Counted from the first letter of the stretch, positions 21,403 through 32,162 are shown. The stretch is 64,000 bases of DNA from Alphaproteobacteria bacterium (GCA_004356985.1 SMXQ01000078.1:593-64592); one strand, 5' to 3'. The notes: generated by a model from the letters alone, not told the origin. Made by a program: numbers and translations.

Positions 21403-22004
21403 CCGCTCTCTTCGCCGCCGTCTTGGCTGCACTCTTCTCCGTCGGGGTTGTCCGCGCCACTACCGGCGGCGGGTTGCTCTTCATCCAGCAGGCCGGGCAA
21501 GGGATCGATCACCACCCGGCCGCCTTGCACGTCAACCACCGGAACGCATCGGCGGGTGAACGGCACCAGCACCACCGGGCCTTTTGGTGTCCGCAGTTCC
21601 AACAGGTCGCCGGCGCCGTAATTTCGCATCGCCACCACCTGGCCCAGGGCCGCGCCATCCTCACGGTAGGCCGCGAGCCCGATCAGATCGTGGTGATAGT
21701 ACTCCTCCTCGTTGGCGGTCTCCGGCAAGGCGGCCCGGGCCACCCAAAGCTCCGTCCCGGTCAATTTTTCCGCCTGGCCGCGGTCGCCGATGCCGGCGAT
21801 CCTCGCCGTCACCATCCCTTTCACCACATGGGTCACCGAGACCATGAATTCACGGCCGCTTTTTCGGTCCGTCAGCGGCCCATAGGCGGCGATGGCCCGG
21901 GGGTCTTCGGTGAAGGGCCGGATGCGAACCAGGCCCCGCACCCCATGGGGCCGGGCGATCACCCCGAGACAGACCCATTGCTCTTCCCTGGCCATGGCCG
22001 CCAT
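21399..22004 (-). CDS. rimM: Ribosome maturation factor RimM
   Basis: [28 protein letters not shown]; lies between rpsP and trmD. Confidence 0.95.
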   Translation of the reverse strand: MAAMAREEQWVCLGVIARPHGVRGLVRIRPFTEDPRAIAAYGPLTDRKSGREFMVSVTHVVKGMVTARIAGIGDRGQAEKLTGTELWVARAALPETANEEEYYHHDLIGLAAYREDGAALGQVVAMRNYGAGDLLELRTPKGPVVLVPFTRRCVPVVDVQGGRVVIDPLPGLLDEEQPAAGSGADNPDGEECSQDGGEESG

Positions 22005-22025
22005 ACCCGCACGCGCGCGCCGGTG

Positions 22026-22868
22026 TTATTCGTCCTTCGCCTTCTCTTCGCTCTTTTCCTCGGCTGGGGCTTCCTCGCCCGGGGCGTCCCCGGCGGCGGC
22101 TTTCTCGGCCACATCTTCGGGCGCGGCCTCCTCGGCGGGGGCTTCAACTGGTGCCTCTTCGGCGGCGGCTTCCGCTGGTGCCTCTTCGGTAGCGGCTTCG
22201 GCGGGAGCGTCCTCGGCCGGGGCTTCTTCGGCCGCTGCTTCCTCGGCGGGAGCGTCCTCGGCGGGGGCTTCTTCAGCCGCAGCTTCCTCGGCGGGGGCTT
22301 CCTCGGCCGGGGGGGCTTCGGCGGCAGCTTCCTCGGCGGGAGATTCCTCGGCGGGGGATTCCTCGGCGGGGGCCGCTTCAGCCGCAGCTTCCTCGGCGGG
22401 GGCTTCCCCGGCGGCGGCTTCGGCAGCAGGCGCCTCTTCGGCGGGACCCTCTTCGCCCGGCGCTTCCGCAGGCGCGGCCTCCTCGGCCGGGGGGGCTTCG
22501 GCCGCCGTCTTGGCGGCTTCGGCGGCGGCGGCGGCGGCCTCTTCGGCCTCCTTTATGCGTTCCAGCGTCTTGGCCCGGGGCAGGTGCTGCTTGGTCTGCT
22601 CGGGGATCGCCGGCTTGGCGGCGATATCGGCCTTGGCGAGGAACAGCGCGATGCGGTGGCTCGGCTGGGCGCCCTGGCCCAGCCAGTGGCGCACGCGCTC
22701 TTCGTCGAGCACCACGCGCTTGGGGTCGTCCCGGGGCAGCATCGGGTCGTAATGGCCGACGCGTTCGATGAAGCGGCCGTCCCGGGGCTTGCGGGAATCG
22801 GCGACGACGATGCGGTAAAAGGGCCGCTTCTTGGCCCCGCCCCGCGACAGGCGAATTTTCAATGCCAT
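22026..22868 (-). CDS. rpsP: 30S ribosomal protein S16 with long acidic repeat tail
   Basis: [33 protein letters not shown] followed by about 160 aa of A/E/P-rich sequence. Confidence 0.97.
   Translation of the reverse strand: MALKIRLSRGGAKKRPFYRIVVADSRKPRDGRFIERVGHYDPMLPRDDPKRVVLDEERVRHWLGQGAQPSHRIALFLAKADIAAKPAIPEQTKQHLPRAKTLERIKEAEEAAAAAAEAAKTAAEAPPAEEAAPAEAPGEEGPAEEAPAAEAAAGEAPAEEAAAEAAPAEESPAEESPAEEAAAEAPPAEEAPAEEAAAEEAPAEDAPAEEAAAEEAPAEDAPAEAATEEAPAEAAAEEAPVEAPAEEAAPEDVAEKAAAGDAPGEEAPAEEKSEEKAKDE
22060..22510. repeat. Degenerate 15-bp-based coding tandem repeat ([10 protein letters not shown])
   Basis: Units such as TTCCTCGGCGGGGGC recur throughout the rpsP 3' end. Confidence 0.85.
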
Positions 22869-22974
22869 TGAGTTCTGCTTCCTTTCAAATCTCCGTCCAA
22901 TTTCACGTCCATCAAGGTTTCCATCAAGCGCCGCCAGGGGGCGCCGCGACCACGCCCAGGCGCGCGCTTGGCCC

Positions 22975-24381
22975 TCATCCGCCGAAGCGGCCCATGCCGG
23001 GCGGCAATCCGCCCGGCGCCATGCCCGGCGCCATGCCCGGCCCCATGCCTGGCAGGCCGCCCTGGGCGAGTCCCAACTTGGAGAGCTTGCCGACCTTTTT
23101 CATCATCTTGCTCATTTCCCGGTACTGCTTGAGCACCCGGTTCACGTCCTGGACCTCGGTGCCGGAGCCCGCGGCGATGCGCCGCCGGCGCGACCCGTTC
23201 AAGAGCTTGGTGTTGCACTTCTCGGCCCGGGTCATGGAGCGGATGATGGCGACCTGGCGGCCGATCAGCTTATCGTCGAGATGGGCCGCCGCCAGCTGGG
23301 ATTTTATCTTCCGGGCGCCGGGCAGCATCCCCATCATCCCCTGCAAGCCGCCCATCTTGGTGAGCTTCAGAAGCTGGTCGGCCATGTCGTCGAGGTCGAA
23401 ACTGCCCTTGACCATCTTGGCCGCGAGCCTTTCGGCCTCTTCCCGGTCGGTCTGCTCGGCGGCTTTCTCCACCAGGGTGACGATGTCGCCCATGCCGAGG
23501 ATGCGCGAGGCGATCCTTTCGGGGTGGAAATCCTCCAGCGCGTCCAGTTGCTCGCCGGTGCCCATCAGCTTGATCGGCACCCCCGCCACCTTGCGCATGG
23601 AAAGCGCCGCGCCGCCCCGGGCATCGCCGTCGATGCGGGTCAGCACGATGCCGGTCACATGGAGAGTTTGGGCGAACGCCCGGGCCGTGTTGACGGCATC
23701 CTGGCCGGTCATGGCGTCGGCCACCAGAAGGGTCTCCACGGGGTTCACCAGGGCGTGGATGCGCGCCGCCTCGGCCATCATGTCGTCGTCCACGGCAAGC
23801 CGGCCCGCGGTATCCATGATGACGATGTCATAGCCTTCGAGCCGCGCGCTGGCGAGCGCCCGGCGGGCGATATCGGCGGCGCCCTGGCCGGCGACCACGG
23901 GCAGCGTCGGAATGCCGGCCTGGCGGCCGAGGATCGCCAGCTGTTCCTGGGCGGCGGGCCGCGCGGTATCCAGGGACGCCATCAGCACCGTTTTGTTGGA
24001 GCGGCCGGTCAGGCGGACGGCGATCTTGGCCGCCGTGGTGGTCTTGCCCGACCCCTGCAGGCCGACCATCAGGATCACCGCCGGCGGGGAAGCCGCCAAG
24101 TTGAGCTCCTGGCCTTCGCCGCCGAGCAGCTCGGTCAATTCCTGGGCGACGATCTTGACCACCATCTGGCCCGGAGTGACCGAGCGGATGACGGCATCGC
24201 CGACCGCCTTATCCCTGACCGCGTCGATGAATTCCTTGACTACGGGCAAGGCGACGTCGGCCTCCAGCAGCGCCACCCGCACTTGGCGCAGCGCCTCATC
24301 GACATCGGCCTCGCCCAGCACCCCCTTGCGGGTGAGCCGGGAAAAGACGTCGTTCAGCCTATTGCCCAGGTTTTCAAACAT
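22975..24381 (-). CDS. ffh: Signal recognition particle protein
   Basis: [29 protein letters not shown], Met-rich M domain. Confidence 0.98.
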   Translation of the reverse strand: MFENLGNRLNDVFSRLTRKGVLGEADVDEALRQVRVALLEADVALPVVKEFIDAVRDKAVGDAVIRSVTPGQMVVKIVAQELTELLGGEGQELNLAASPPAVILMVGLQGSGKTTTAAKIAVRLTGRSNKTVLMASLDTARPAAQEQLAILGRQAGIPTLPVVAGQGAADIARRALASARLEGYDIVIMDTAGRLAVDDDMMAEAARIHALVNPVETLLVADAMTGQDAVNTARAFAQTLHVTGIVLTRIDGDARGGAALSMRKVAGVPIKLMGTGEQLDALEDFHPERIASRILGMGDIVTLVEKAAEQTDREEAERLAAKMVKGSFDLDDMADQLLKLTKMGGLQGMMGMLPGARKIKSQLAAAHLDDKLIGRQVAIIRSMTRAEKCNTKLLNGSRRRRIAAGSGTEVQDVNRVLKQYREMSKMMKKVGKLSKLGLAQGGLPGMGPGMAPGMAPGGLPPGMGRFGG

Positions 24382-24426
24382 GGCGGCGTGTTCTCTGCGG
24401 TCCTTGCAATTGCCAAAGCACGATCA

Positions 24427-24456
24427 CGCCAGTGCGCGAAAACTCGCGGGCTGGCG
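24427..24456 (-). promoter_or_regulatory. Hairpin in the ffh 5' leader (possible ffh leader RNA)
   Basis: CGCCAG-CC-CGCGA-GTTT-TCGCG-CA-CTGGCG, about 45 nt upstream of the ffh start. Confidence 0.45.
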
Positions 24457-24785
24457 GACTTCCCGGGCACCCCCGGGAAGCTCTCAGAACGGCGGGTTCC
24501 GGAGCGCGCGGAATTTAGGCCGCGCCACGGCCAAAAGTCAAGCGCGCCATGCGCGCATTTTGCGCCCAAACCGTGGGGAGAGAAGCGCTTGCGAGCGGGG
24601 CCCAAGAAAAATTACGCATTGGATGGAAACGCAACACTTTGTTTATTTTTGCCTGCCAGCGTGGAGCCGTGGACCGGCCCGCCAAAGCCCGGAACCGCCG
24701 GCGCCTTCGATCACCGACGCGCCATAGCGGCCCAAGCGGGTCGGCCGGCGCCGGGTTGGAAAGTACTCTAGGGGGGAATGGCCAT

Positions 24786-25262
24786 ATGCCGAATTCCCAG
24801 GAAATTATGGCCGTCGCGCCATGGCTGATGGTCGGCGGCGGAATCCTTGCCGTATTGGGCGTCATTACCGCCCTTCTCGCCAGAGGCGGCGAGGACAGGG
24901 GCGGCCTGTCGAAACCCCTGGCGTTGGTGGGCCGGCGCTGTTTTTCATGGGCTTCTACCTCGATGACCGCTGGGCCAACCCCTGGCAGGCGACCGGTGAA
25001 GACGCCCTTGGCATGGCTTCGGGACCTCGGAGCGATCCCCTGCCCAGTGGAGGAAACATGGCCTGCGCGCGCGGCCCCATGGTGGAGGTCTTTGGCGAAA
25101 TCGGAATACGGCGTCACCGCCATCGAGTATTCCCTGATCGGCGGCCTGATCTCGGTTTTCATCATCATCGCGCTTTCCCTGGTGGGCGACCAAGTCCAAG
25201 CCACGTTCAATACCTGGACCGACGCGGTTCATAACGCCATCAGGGATTCCCAGGGTTCCTGA
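24786..25262 (+). CDS. Flp/Fap type IVb pilin domain with an unusual N-terminal membrane extension
   Basis: C-terminal SEYG|VTAIEYSLIGGLISVFIIIALSLVG is the Flp motif; start uncertain (ATG 24786 or GTG 25047). Confidence 0.7.
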   Translation: MPNSQEIMAVAPWLMVGGGILAVLGVITALLARGGEDRGGLSKPLALVGRRCFSWASTSMTAGPTPGRRPVKTPLAWLRDLGAIPCPVEETWPARAAPWWRSLAKSEYGVTAIEYSLIGGLISVFIIIALSLVGDQVQATFNTWTDAVHNAIRDSQGS

Positions 25263-25446
25263 AGGGCTCTCCAATGGTCCCGCCGCGCCGTGGCCAGGGG
25301 CGCGACCCGGGGCCCCTTGGCCACGGCGCGGCGGGAAAGCAGCACGCCGCCGACACCATGCCATCACGATGTCCCGGCGGGCACCTTCGCCCCCCGGTTC
25401 CGAATCCCATTGCCATCACCGGTCGCGGCACCATATAAGGCGGCCT

Positions 25447-26292
25447 ATGGAAGGATTACCGTTCATCAAGATGCACGGGCTCGGCAACGACTTCGTGATC
25501 ATCGACGGGCGCGTGAACCCGGTGGAGATCGGCGCCGATGCCGCGCGGCGCATTGCCGACCGCCACACCGGAATCGGTTGCGACCAGTTGATCGTGTTGG
25601 CCGGCCCGCGCAATGCCGACGCCCAGGCTTTCATGACCATCCGCAATGCCGATGGCGGGGAATCCGCCGCCTGCGGCAACGCCACGCGCTGCGTTGCAGC
25701 ACTTCTGATGGACGAGAACGGCACCGATCAGGCAATCATCGAAACCGAGGCCGGGATATTAGTGGGTGAAGGCGCGCCCGAGGGCATCACCCTCGACATG
25801 GCATCCCCGCGCACCGATTGGCGCGATATCCCCCTGGCCGGCGACCACGACACCGCTCACCTGCCCCTGGGATCGGGCCCGGTTGCCGACCCGGCCGCGT
25901 GTTCCATGGGCAACCCCCACGCCACCTTTTTCGTCGACGACGTGGAAGCGATCGAGATCGCCGCCATCGGCCCCGGGCTCGAGCATGACCCGATCTTTCC
26001 CGAGCGCGCCAATATCGGCTTCGCCCAGGTGGTCGCGGCGGACCGCATCCGGCTCCGGGTATGGGAACGGGGCGCCGGCCTGACCTCGGCCTGCGCGACG
26101 GGCGCTTGCGCGGCGGTGGTGAACGGCGTCCGCCGCGGGCTTTTGGCCCGCCGGGTGCGTTGCATCCTCGACGGCGGGGAACTGGTGGTCGAATGGCGCG
26201 AGCGCGACGGCCACGTCCTGATGACGGGCCCCACCGCCGTCACCTTTACCGGGCTCATCGGCCCGGGCCTTCTCGACGGAGGCACGCCGTGA
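25447..26292 (+). CDS. dapF: Diaminopimelate epimerase
   Basis: KMHGLGNDF, CGNATRC, SMGNPH, VWERGAGLTSACATGACA. Confidence 0.97.
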   Translation: MEGLPFIKMHGLGNDFVIIDGRVNPVEIGADAARRIADRHTGIGCDQLIVLAGPRNADAQAFMTIRNADGGESAACGNATRCVAALLMDENGTDQAIIETEAGILVGEGAPEGITLDMASPRTDWRDIPLAGDHDTAHLPLGSGPVADPAACSMGNPHATFFVDDVEAIEIAAIGPGLEHDPIFPERANIGFAQVVAADRIRLRVWERGAGLTSACATGACAAVVNGVRRGLLARRVRCILDGGELVVEWRERDGHVLMTGPTAVTFTGLIGPGLLDGGTP

Positions 26293-27593
26293 CCGTGAGG
26301 CTCGCCAAGGGCGCCGCCGGCCCCGGGGACGGCGCCGGCGCGACCGAGATCGTGTCCCTCGGCTGCCGGCTCAATGCCTTCGAGGCGGAAGTCATGCGGT
26401 CCCATGCGGCGGCGGCCGGGCTCACGGGCGCGGTGATCGTCAACACCTGCGCGGTGACCCGGGAATCCGAACGCCAGTCGCGCCAGGCCATCCGCCGGGC
26501 GCGGCGCCAGAACCCCGATGCCACCATCATCGTCACCGGTTGCGCCGCCCAGATCGATCCCGGCGCCTTCGCCGCCATGGCGGAAGTGGATCACGTCATC
26601 GGCAATGCCGAAAAGCTCGCGCCCGAGACCTTCGCCGCCTTGGCCGAAGGCGGCGGCATGCCGCGCGTGGCGGTTTCCGACATCATGGATTTGCGCGAGA
26701 CCGCCCACCATCTGGTGGATGGCTTCGAGGGACGGGCGCGGGCCTTCGTCGAAATACAACAGGGCTGCGATCACCGCTGCACCTTCTGCATCATCCCCTT
26801 CGGGCGCGGCAATTCACGCTCCGCGCCGGTCGCCGAAGTGGTCCGCCAAGCCGCCCACCTGGTGGCGGCGGGCTATCGGGAAATCGTCCTGACCGGCGTC
26901 GACATCACCGGCTATGGCGCGGACCTGCCGGGCGCCCCCGGGCTCGGCGAGATGGCGCGCCGGCTTTTAGCCCTGGTGCCCGGGCTGGAGCGATTGCGGC
27001 TGTCGTCCATCGATGTCGCCGAGGTCGATGACGCGCTGTTCGACCTGGTCACCAACGAGCCGCGCGTCATGCCCCATCTGCACCTCAGCCTGCAATCGGG
27101 CGACGATCTCATTCTCAAGCGCATGAAGCGCCGCCACGCCCGCGCCCAGGCGGTGGAATTCTGTGCCGCGGTGCGCGCCGCCCGCCCGGAAATCGTCTTC
27201 GGCGCCGACCTCATCGCCGGCTTCCCCACCGAAAGCGAAGAGGCGTTCGAGGGCACCGTGGACCTGATCGAGGACGCCGGGCTGACCTGGCTCCACGTAT
27301 TTCCCTATTCCCCACGGCCCGGCACGCCCGCCGCCCGCATGCCCGCCCTGCCCGGACCAGTGGTCAAGGACCGCGCCCGGCGCCTGCGCGCCGCCGGCGA
27401 GGCCGCCCGCGACCGCTTCCTGGAGAGTTGCATCGGCGGGACGGAATCAATTTTGGTCGAGCAGCCGGGGATCGGGCGCACCGGACGTTTCGCCTATGTG
27501 GCGTTCACCGGCGCGGCGGAAACCGGCGCCGTGGCCGCGGCGCGGATCGAAGGCGCGTCCCAGGGGCGGCTCCACGGCAAGATCCTGTCATGA
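26289..27593 (+). CDS. mtaB: tRNA t6A37 methylthiotransferase
   Basis: LGCRLNAFE, VNTCAVT, QQGCDHRCTFCIIP (radical SAM); dapF-mtaB-ftsY order. Confidence 0.95.
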   Translation: MTVRLAKGAAGPGDGAGATEIVSLGCRLNAFEAEVMRSHAAAAGLTGAVIVNTCAVTRESERQSRQAIRRARRQNPDATIIVTGCAAQIDPGAFAAMAEVDHVIGNAEKLAPETFAALAEGGGMPRVAVSDIMDLRETAHHLVDGFEGRARAFVEIQQGCDHRCTFCIIPFGRGNSRSAPVAEVVRQAAHLVAAGYREIVLTGVDITGYGADLPGAPGLGEMARRLLALVPGLERLRLSSIDVAEVDDALFDLVTNEPRVMPHLHLSLQSGDDLILKRMKRRHARAQAVEFCAAVRAARPEIVFGADLIAGFPTESEEAFEGTVDLIEDAGLTWLHVFPYSPRPGTPAARMPALPGPVVKDRARRLRAAGEAARDRFLESCIGGTESILVEQPGIGRTGRFAYVAFTGAAETGAVAAARIEGASQGRLHGKILS

Positions 27594-27618
27594 GCACATG
27601 GCCATGGGCAGAGGGGCC

Positions 27619-28575
27619 ATGAGCGGCGAGAGCGGCGAGGGCGGCGGCTGGATCACCCGGCTGCGGGCCGGGCTAAAGCGGTCGAGCACCACCTTGGCCG
27701 ATGGTTTGGCGGCGATCTTTGCCGGGGGCAAGGTGGATCCCGCCACCGTCCAGGAGCTCGAAGATCTTCTCATCATGGCCGATCTGGGCCCGGCGACGGC
27801 GGCACGGCTCGCCCGGGCGGCGACCGAGCGGCAATCGGGCGGCGAGAGGACCGGCGCGGCGGTGACCCTGGCCCTGGCCGACGAAATTACCCAGATCCTC
27901 GAGCCCCTCGCCCGCCCCCTGGAGATCACCGCCGGCGCCAAGCCCCACGTGATCCTCGTGGTCGGCGTCAACGGCACCGGCAAGACCACCACCATCGGCA
28001 AGCTCGCCCATGTCTTCAAGGCCCAGGGCCATTCGGTGATGATCGCGGCGGGCGACACCTTTCGCGCGGCCGCGGTGGACCAACTGCGCATCTGGGCGGC
28101 CCGCGCCGGGGCGCGATTCTTCGGCTCCGACGACGCCACGGACGCCGCGGCGGTCGCCTTCGACGCCATGGGTGCGGCGCGGGACGCGGCCACCGACGTG
28201 CTGCTGGTCGATACCGCCGGCCGTCTGCACAACAAATCGGACCTCATGGCGGAGCTGGAAAAGATCATCCGCGTGATGCGCAAGCTCGACCCGGCCGCCC
28301 CCCATGACACGCTTTTGGTTCTCGACGCCACCACCGGCCAGAACGCCCACGCCCAGGCGGAAGTCTTTAAGGACATCACCAACGTCAGCGGGCTGGTGAT
28401 CACCAAGCTCGACGGTTCCGCCAAGGGCGGCGTGCTGGTGGCCTTGGCCGAGCGCTTCGCCCTGCCGGTCTACGCCATCGGCGTCGGCGAAGGCATCGAC
28501 GACCTGCAGCCTTTCACCGCCAGGGACTACGCCCGTTCCCTGCTCGGCCTCGATGGCGATGGCGATGTCCGCTAA
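27619..28575 (+). CDS. ftsY: SRP receptor FtsY
   Basis: GVNGTGKTTTIGKL, DTFRAAA, DTAGRLHNK, TKLDGSAKGG. Confidence 0.97.
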   Translation: MSGESGEGGGWITRLRAGLKRSSTTLADGLAAIFAGGKVDPATVQELEDLLIMADLGPATAARLARAATERQSGGERTGAAVTLALADEITQILEPLARPLEITAGAKPHVILVVGVNGTGKTTTIGKLAHVFKAQGHSVMIAAGDTFRAAAVDQLRIWAARAGARFFGSDDATDAAAVAFDAMGAARDAATDVLLVDTAGRLHNKSDLMAELEKIIRVMRKLDPAAPHDTLLVLDATTGQNAHAQAEVFKDITNVSGLVITKLDGSAKGGVLVALAERFALPVYAIGVGEGIDDLQPFTARDYARSLLGLDGDGDVR

Positions 28576-29126
28576 GTAAGGTCGGTTTCGCCCTGGGGAT
28601 TGGTCCGGGGCGTGAAGATTTCCGTATCGCCCAGTTCACGGTCGTGGCGAAGGGCCCAGCGCACCGTCGGGAAAGCGATCTCCGACCAGGGAATTTCCCC
28701 CCACTCAAAGAGGGCCACGGCCTGGCTTTCGGCGCCCGGCTTGACCGCTTCGTCAAGCAGCCGGGCGCGATAGATCAACTGCACCTGAGAGAGGCGTGGG
28801 ATATCGTAGACCGCCAGCAGGCTGGTGATCTCGATCTTGGCGCAGGCCTCCTCCCAGGCTTCGCGCCGGGCCCCTTCTTCGGGGGCTTCGTTAAGCTCCA
28901 GATAGCCCGCCGGCAGGGTCCAGTAACCGAGGCGCGGCGCGATGGCGCGGCGGCACAGGAGGATACGATCATCCCACCGCACCACGGCACCGACGATCAT
29001 CTTGGGATTTTCGTAATGAATGAACCCGCAATCGGGACACATCAGGCGGGCCCGGTCATCCCCTTCGGGGATGGTCTCGACCCGGGGTCCGTTTCCCACG
29101 GGCGGCGTCTTGGGCGGCAAACTCAT
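28572..29126 (-). CDS. NUDIX hydrolase with N-terminal Zn-ribbon-like segment
   Basis: CPDCGFIHYENPK, PAGYLELNEAPEEGARREAWEEA (Nudix box). Confidence 0.92.
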   Translation of the reverse strand: MSLPPKTPPVGNGPRVETIPEGDDRARLMCPDCGFIHYENPKMIVGAVVRWDDRILLCRRAIAPRLGYWTLPAGYLELNEAPEEGARREAWEEACAKIEITSLLAVYDIPRLSQVQLIYRARLLDEAVKPGAESQAVALFEWGEIPWSEIAFPTVRWALRHDRELGDTEIFTPRTNPQGETDLT

Positions 29127-29201
29127 GGCCGGCATGTTGAACGCGTCGGGGCGGGTGCACAAGCCCCCTGGGTCGGGCCGGAATTATTGCGGAGTAATGC
29201 T

Positions 29202-29453
29202 CTAGACGAGTATGTTGACGACACTGCCCCGGGGAAGGTTGGGCGACCCGGGGCCAGGGACCGGGGGCAACGCCGGTGCCGGGGCGGCCGACCGGGCCGC
29301 GGTGTCGCGCGCCGCCAAGGCCTTGGCGGCGGCGGCAAGCGCCGGCGGTTGAGCCGATACCGGCGACTTGGCGGGCTGGGTGATGCCGGCGGCGGCCTGG
29401 GCCGGTTGGGACGACAAAACGTGAAAAAGGGCGGCGCTGGGTGAAATTTGCAT
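29202..29453 (-). CDS. Small Ala/Pro-rich hypothetical protein
   Basis: 83 aa, MQISPSAA...NLPRGSVVNILV; divergent from the next gene across CtrA boxes. Confidence 0.6.
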   Translation of the reverse strand: MQISPSAALFHVLSSQPAQAAAGITQPAKSPVSAQPPALAAAAKALAARDTAARSAAPAPALPPVPGPGSPNLPRGSVVNILV

Positions 29454-29579
29454 TAAAATCCTTGACCCTATGACTTTCGTGGCAGCGGCGGCGACCCCGG
29501 ACCTGGACCTGCCGGGTGGCCTGCCCGGTGGCCTGCCAGGTAGCCTGAGTGAACGCCAGGACATCCTAGTTTTGCTTAA

Positions 29580-29595
29580 TTAACAAGCCCTTAAC
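29580..29595. promoter_or_regulatory. CtrA binding box
   Basis: TTAA-CAAGCCC-TTAAC is a perfect TTAA-N7-TTAAC; a second near-match TTTA-N7-TTAA lies at about 29617-29631. Confidence 0.75.
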
Positions 29596-29706
29596 CTCTA
29601 CCCCGGACCAGCGGCGTTTACCAATGATTAAGCTAAATACCCCCTAAATGGTCCGGAAATTGGCGGGGGCGCGGATGACCGGGTCCTTTTGGCCGCAGGC
29701 ACTTCC

Positions 29707-30885
29707 ATGACCGACGACATCAACAAAGACGATTACGAAGCATTGTTGGAAATGGCGCGGAACAAAACCGCCGCCGGGCGAGCCTTGCTCGCCGCCGCCA
29801 TGGACGATCTTTTCCGCCAAAGCAACGATGTCCTGACCGACCACGAACGGACCTTGATGTCCGGCATTCTGCGCGGCCTCCTGCACGCCGCGGAGATGTC
29901 GGTTCGCCGCGAACTCGCCGACAAGCTGGCGGCTTTGGACAACGTCCCCGACGATCTGATCGCCACCCTGGGCGACGACGAAATCGAGGTCGTCTACCCG
30001 ATCCTGGTCGGCAGTAAACTGCTCTACGATACCGACCTCGTCGAGATCATTCGCCACCGCACCCTGCAACACCAGCTTGCCATCGCCATGCAGCGCTCCG
30101 CCGGCGCGGGCATATCCGGGGAATTGCCGGAGAACGGCGGCCAGGACGTGATCAAGGCGTTGATGGAAAACACCAATGCACGCATATCGAAGTCCACCAT
30201 GGAATACCTGGTGGAACAGTCTAAACGCGTCGACGGCTATCAGAACCCCCTGCTGCGCCGGCCCGATTTCAACCAGGAGGTCGCCAAGCGCATCTATTGG
30301 TGGGTGTCCGCGGCCCTGAGAAAATACCTGGCGGACCAATTCGATATCGACCCCAGGGAACTGGATCAAGCCCTCGACGCCACGGTGGCGGAAATCTCGG
30401 CCCACGAATCGGAGCCCGGCGTCGTCGTGAACCAGGCGGAGGAACTCGCCCGGCGGGTGGCGGAGAACGGGCAGATCACGCCAAAGATCATCATCGGGGT
30501 CCTGCGCCAAGGCGAAATTCCCCTGTTCGAGGCCCTGTTCGCGGCCCATGCCGGGCTCAGGCTGAAACTTGTCCAGCGCATCATCTTCGAACCGGGGGGC
30601 GAAGCCCTCGCGGTGGCCTGCAAGGGGATCGAAATACCCCGGGACGACTTCGCCACCCTCTTCATGCTGAGCCGCGAGGCGCGGTTCGGTGAACCGGTCA
30701 CCGGCCGGCCGGAACCGGCCCGGATACTGGAACTCTATGACCGGGTCCGCCTCGAGCTTGCCCAGACGATTGTGGGCAGATGGCGGTGTGACCCCGATTA
30801 CCTCGACGCCATGCGCGTCTTGTCGAAAACGGCACCCAACGGCGCCTCCGCTCCGGGGGACAGCGGCAATTCAGCATCTTCATGA
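29707..30885 (+). CDS. DUF2336 domain protein
   Basis: VRRELADKLA, DEIEVVYPIL, HQLAIA, YWWVSAALR, GEALAVACK. Confidence 0.8.
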   Translation: MTDDINKDDYEALLEMARNKTAAGRALLAAAMDDLFRQSNDVLTDHERTLMSGILRGLLHAAEMSVRRELADKLAALDNVPDDLIATLGDDEIEVVYPILVGSKLLYDTDLVEIIRHRTLQHQLAIAMQRSAGAGISGELPENGGQDVIKALMENTNARISKSTMEYLVEQSKRVDGYQNPLLRRPDFNQEVAKRIYWWVSAALRKYLADQFDIDPRELDQALDATVAEISAHESEPGVVVNQAEELARRVAENGQITPKIIIGVLRQGEIPLFEALFAAHAGLRLKLVQRIIFEPGGEALAVACKGIEIPRDDFATLFMLSREARFGEPVTGRPEPARILELYDRVRLELAQTIVGRWRCDPDYLDAMRVLSKTAPNGASAPGDSGNSASS

Positions 30886-30936
30886 CGGCCGGCCCGGGGT
30901 CATCCTGCCCAAAGGACGGATCCCAGGCCGATAACC

Positions 30937-32142
30937 CTAGCCGGCCAAGGCCGAGACGGCGGGCAGTTCTTTCCCTTCCAGCCATTCCAGAAAGGCGCCG
31001 CCGGCGGTGCTGACATAAGAGAAATCCTCGATCACGCCGGCGCCGGCCAACGCCGCCACGGTATCGCCGCCGCCGGCCACCGACACCAAGGCGCCGGCTT
31101 TGGTGGCCTGGGCCACGCTTTTCGCCACGGCCTGCGTGCCGGCATCGAAGGGCGGGAATTCGAAGGCGCCCAGGGGGCCGTTCCACACCACCGTGCGGCA
31201 CTGGCCGAGGATTTCGATGGCCCTCGCCACCGAGGCCGGCCCGATGTCGAGAATCATCAAGCCGGCGGGGACCTCATCGATGGCCACCGTAGCCGCCTCA
31301 TGGCCGGCCTCGGGCCCCGGCGCCACCACCGCATCCACCGGCAACACCAACTCGCAGCCCCGGGCCGCGGCCTGGGTGCGGATGCGGGCCGCGGTTGGCG
31401 CCATCTCGCGCTCGCACAGCGAGGCGCCGACGTCGATTCCGCCGGCATGAAGAAAGGTGTTGGCCATGGCGCCGCCGACCACCAGCTTGTCCACCTTGGC
31501 GCTGAGATTGCCGAGCAGTTCCAGCTTGGTCGAAACCTTAGCCCCGCCGACCAGGGCGCAAAGCGGACGCTTAGGTGATTCCAGGGCGGCGCCAAGGGCC
31601 TCGAGTTCGGCCTGCATGAGCCGCCCGGCGACCGCCGGCAGGTGCCGGGTGATGGCAACCAATGACGCATGGGCGCGGTGGGCCACGGAAAAAGCGTCAT
31701 CCACGTAAATCTCGCCGAGTTCGGCCAAGGCGCCGGCGAAGCGGGGATCGTTGTCCTCTTCGCCGCCATGGAAGCGCAGGTTCTCCAGCAGCGCCACGCC
31801 GCCGGCTTCGAGCCCGCCCACCACCGAGGCGGCCACCGGGCCGATGCAGTCGGCGGCGAAAGCCACCGGGCGGCCCAGTGCCTCGGCCAGGGGCGCGGCC
31901 AGGGGCGCCAGGGACAGATCCACCACCCGCACGCCCTGGGGCCGGCCGAAATGGCTCATCACGATGACCCGCGCGCCCTTGTCCGCCAACTCGGCGATGG
32001 TCGGCGCGGCCCGTTGGATTCGCGTCATGTCGCCGACCCGGCCGTCCCTGACCGGCACGTTGAGGTCGACGCGGACCAGCACCCGCTTGCCCGCGACCTC
32101 GACATCGTCGAGGGTGTCGAAAATGATGCCGCCGTGATCCAT
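30937..32142 (-). CDS. pgk: Phosphoglycerate kinase
   Basis: RVDLNVP, SHFGRP, LLENLRF, WNGPLGAFE, STAGGAFLE. Confidence 0.98.
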   Translation of the reverse strand: MDHGGIIFDTLDDVEVAGKRVLVRVDLNVPVRDGRVGDMTRIQRAAPTIAELADKGARVIVMSHFGRPQGVRVVDLSLAPLAAPLAEALGRPVAFAADCIGPVAASVVGGLEAGGVALLENLRFHGGEEDNDPRFAGALAELGEIYVDDAFSVAHRAHASLVAITRHLPAVAGRLMQAELEALGAALESPKRPLCALVGGAKVSTKLELLGNLSAKVDKLVVGGAMANTFLHAGGIDVGASLCEREMAPTAARIRTQAAARGCELVLPVDAVVAPGPEAGHEAATVAIDEVPAGLMILDIGPASVARAIEILGQCRTVVWNGPLGAFEFPPFDAGTQAVAKSVAQATKAGALVSVAGGGDTVAALAGAGVIEDFSYVSTAGGAFLEWLEGKELPAVSALAG

Positions 32143-32162
32143 GGCCCGACCAGACTTCGCTA

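Noticed and set aside
22060-22510. CRISPR-like array
   Set aside because: In-frame low-complexity coding repeat of rpsP without unique spacers
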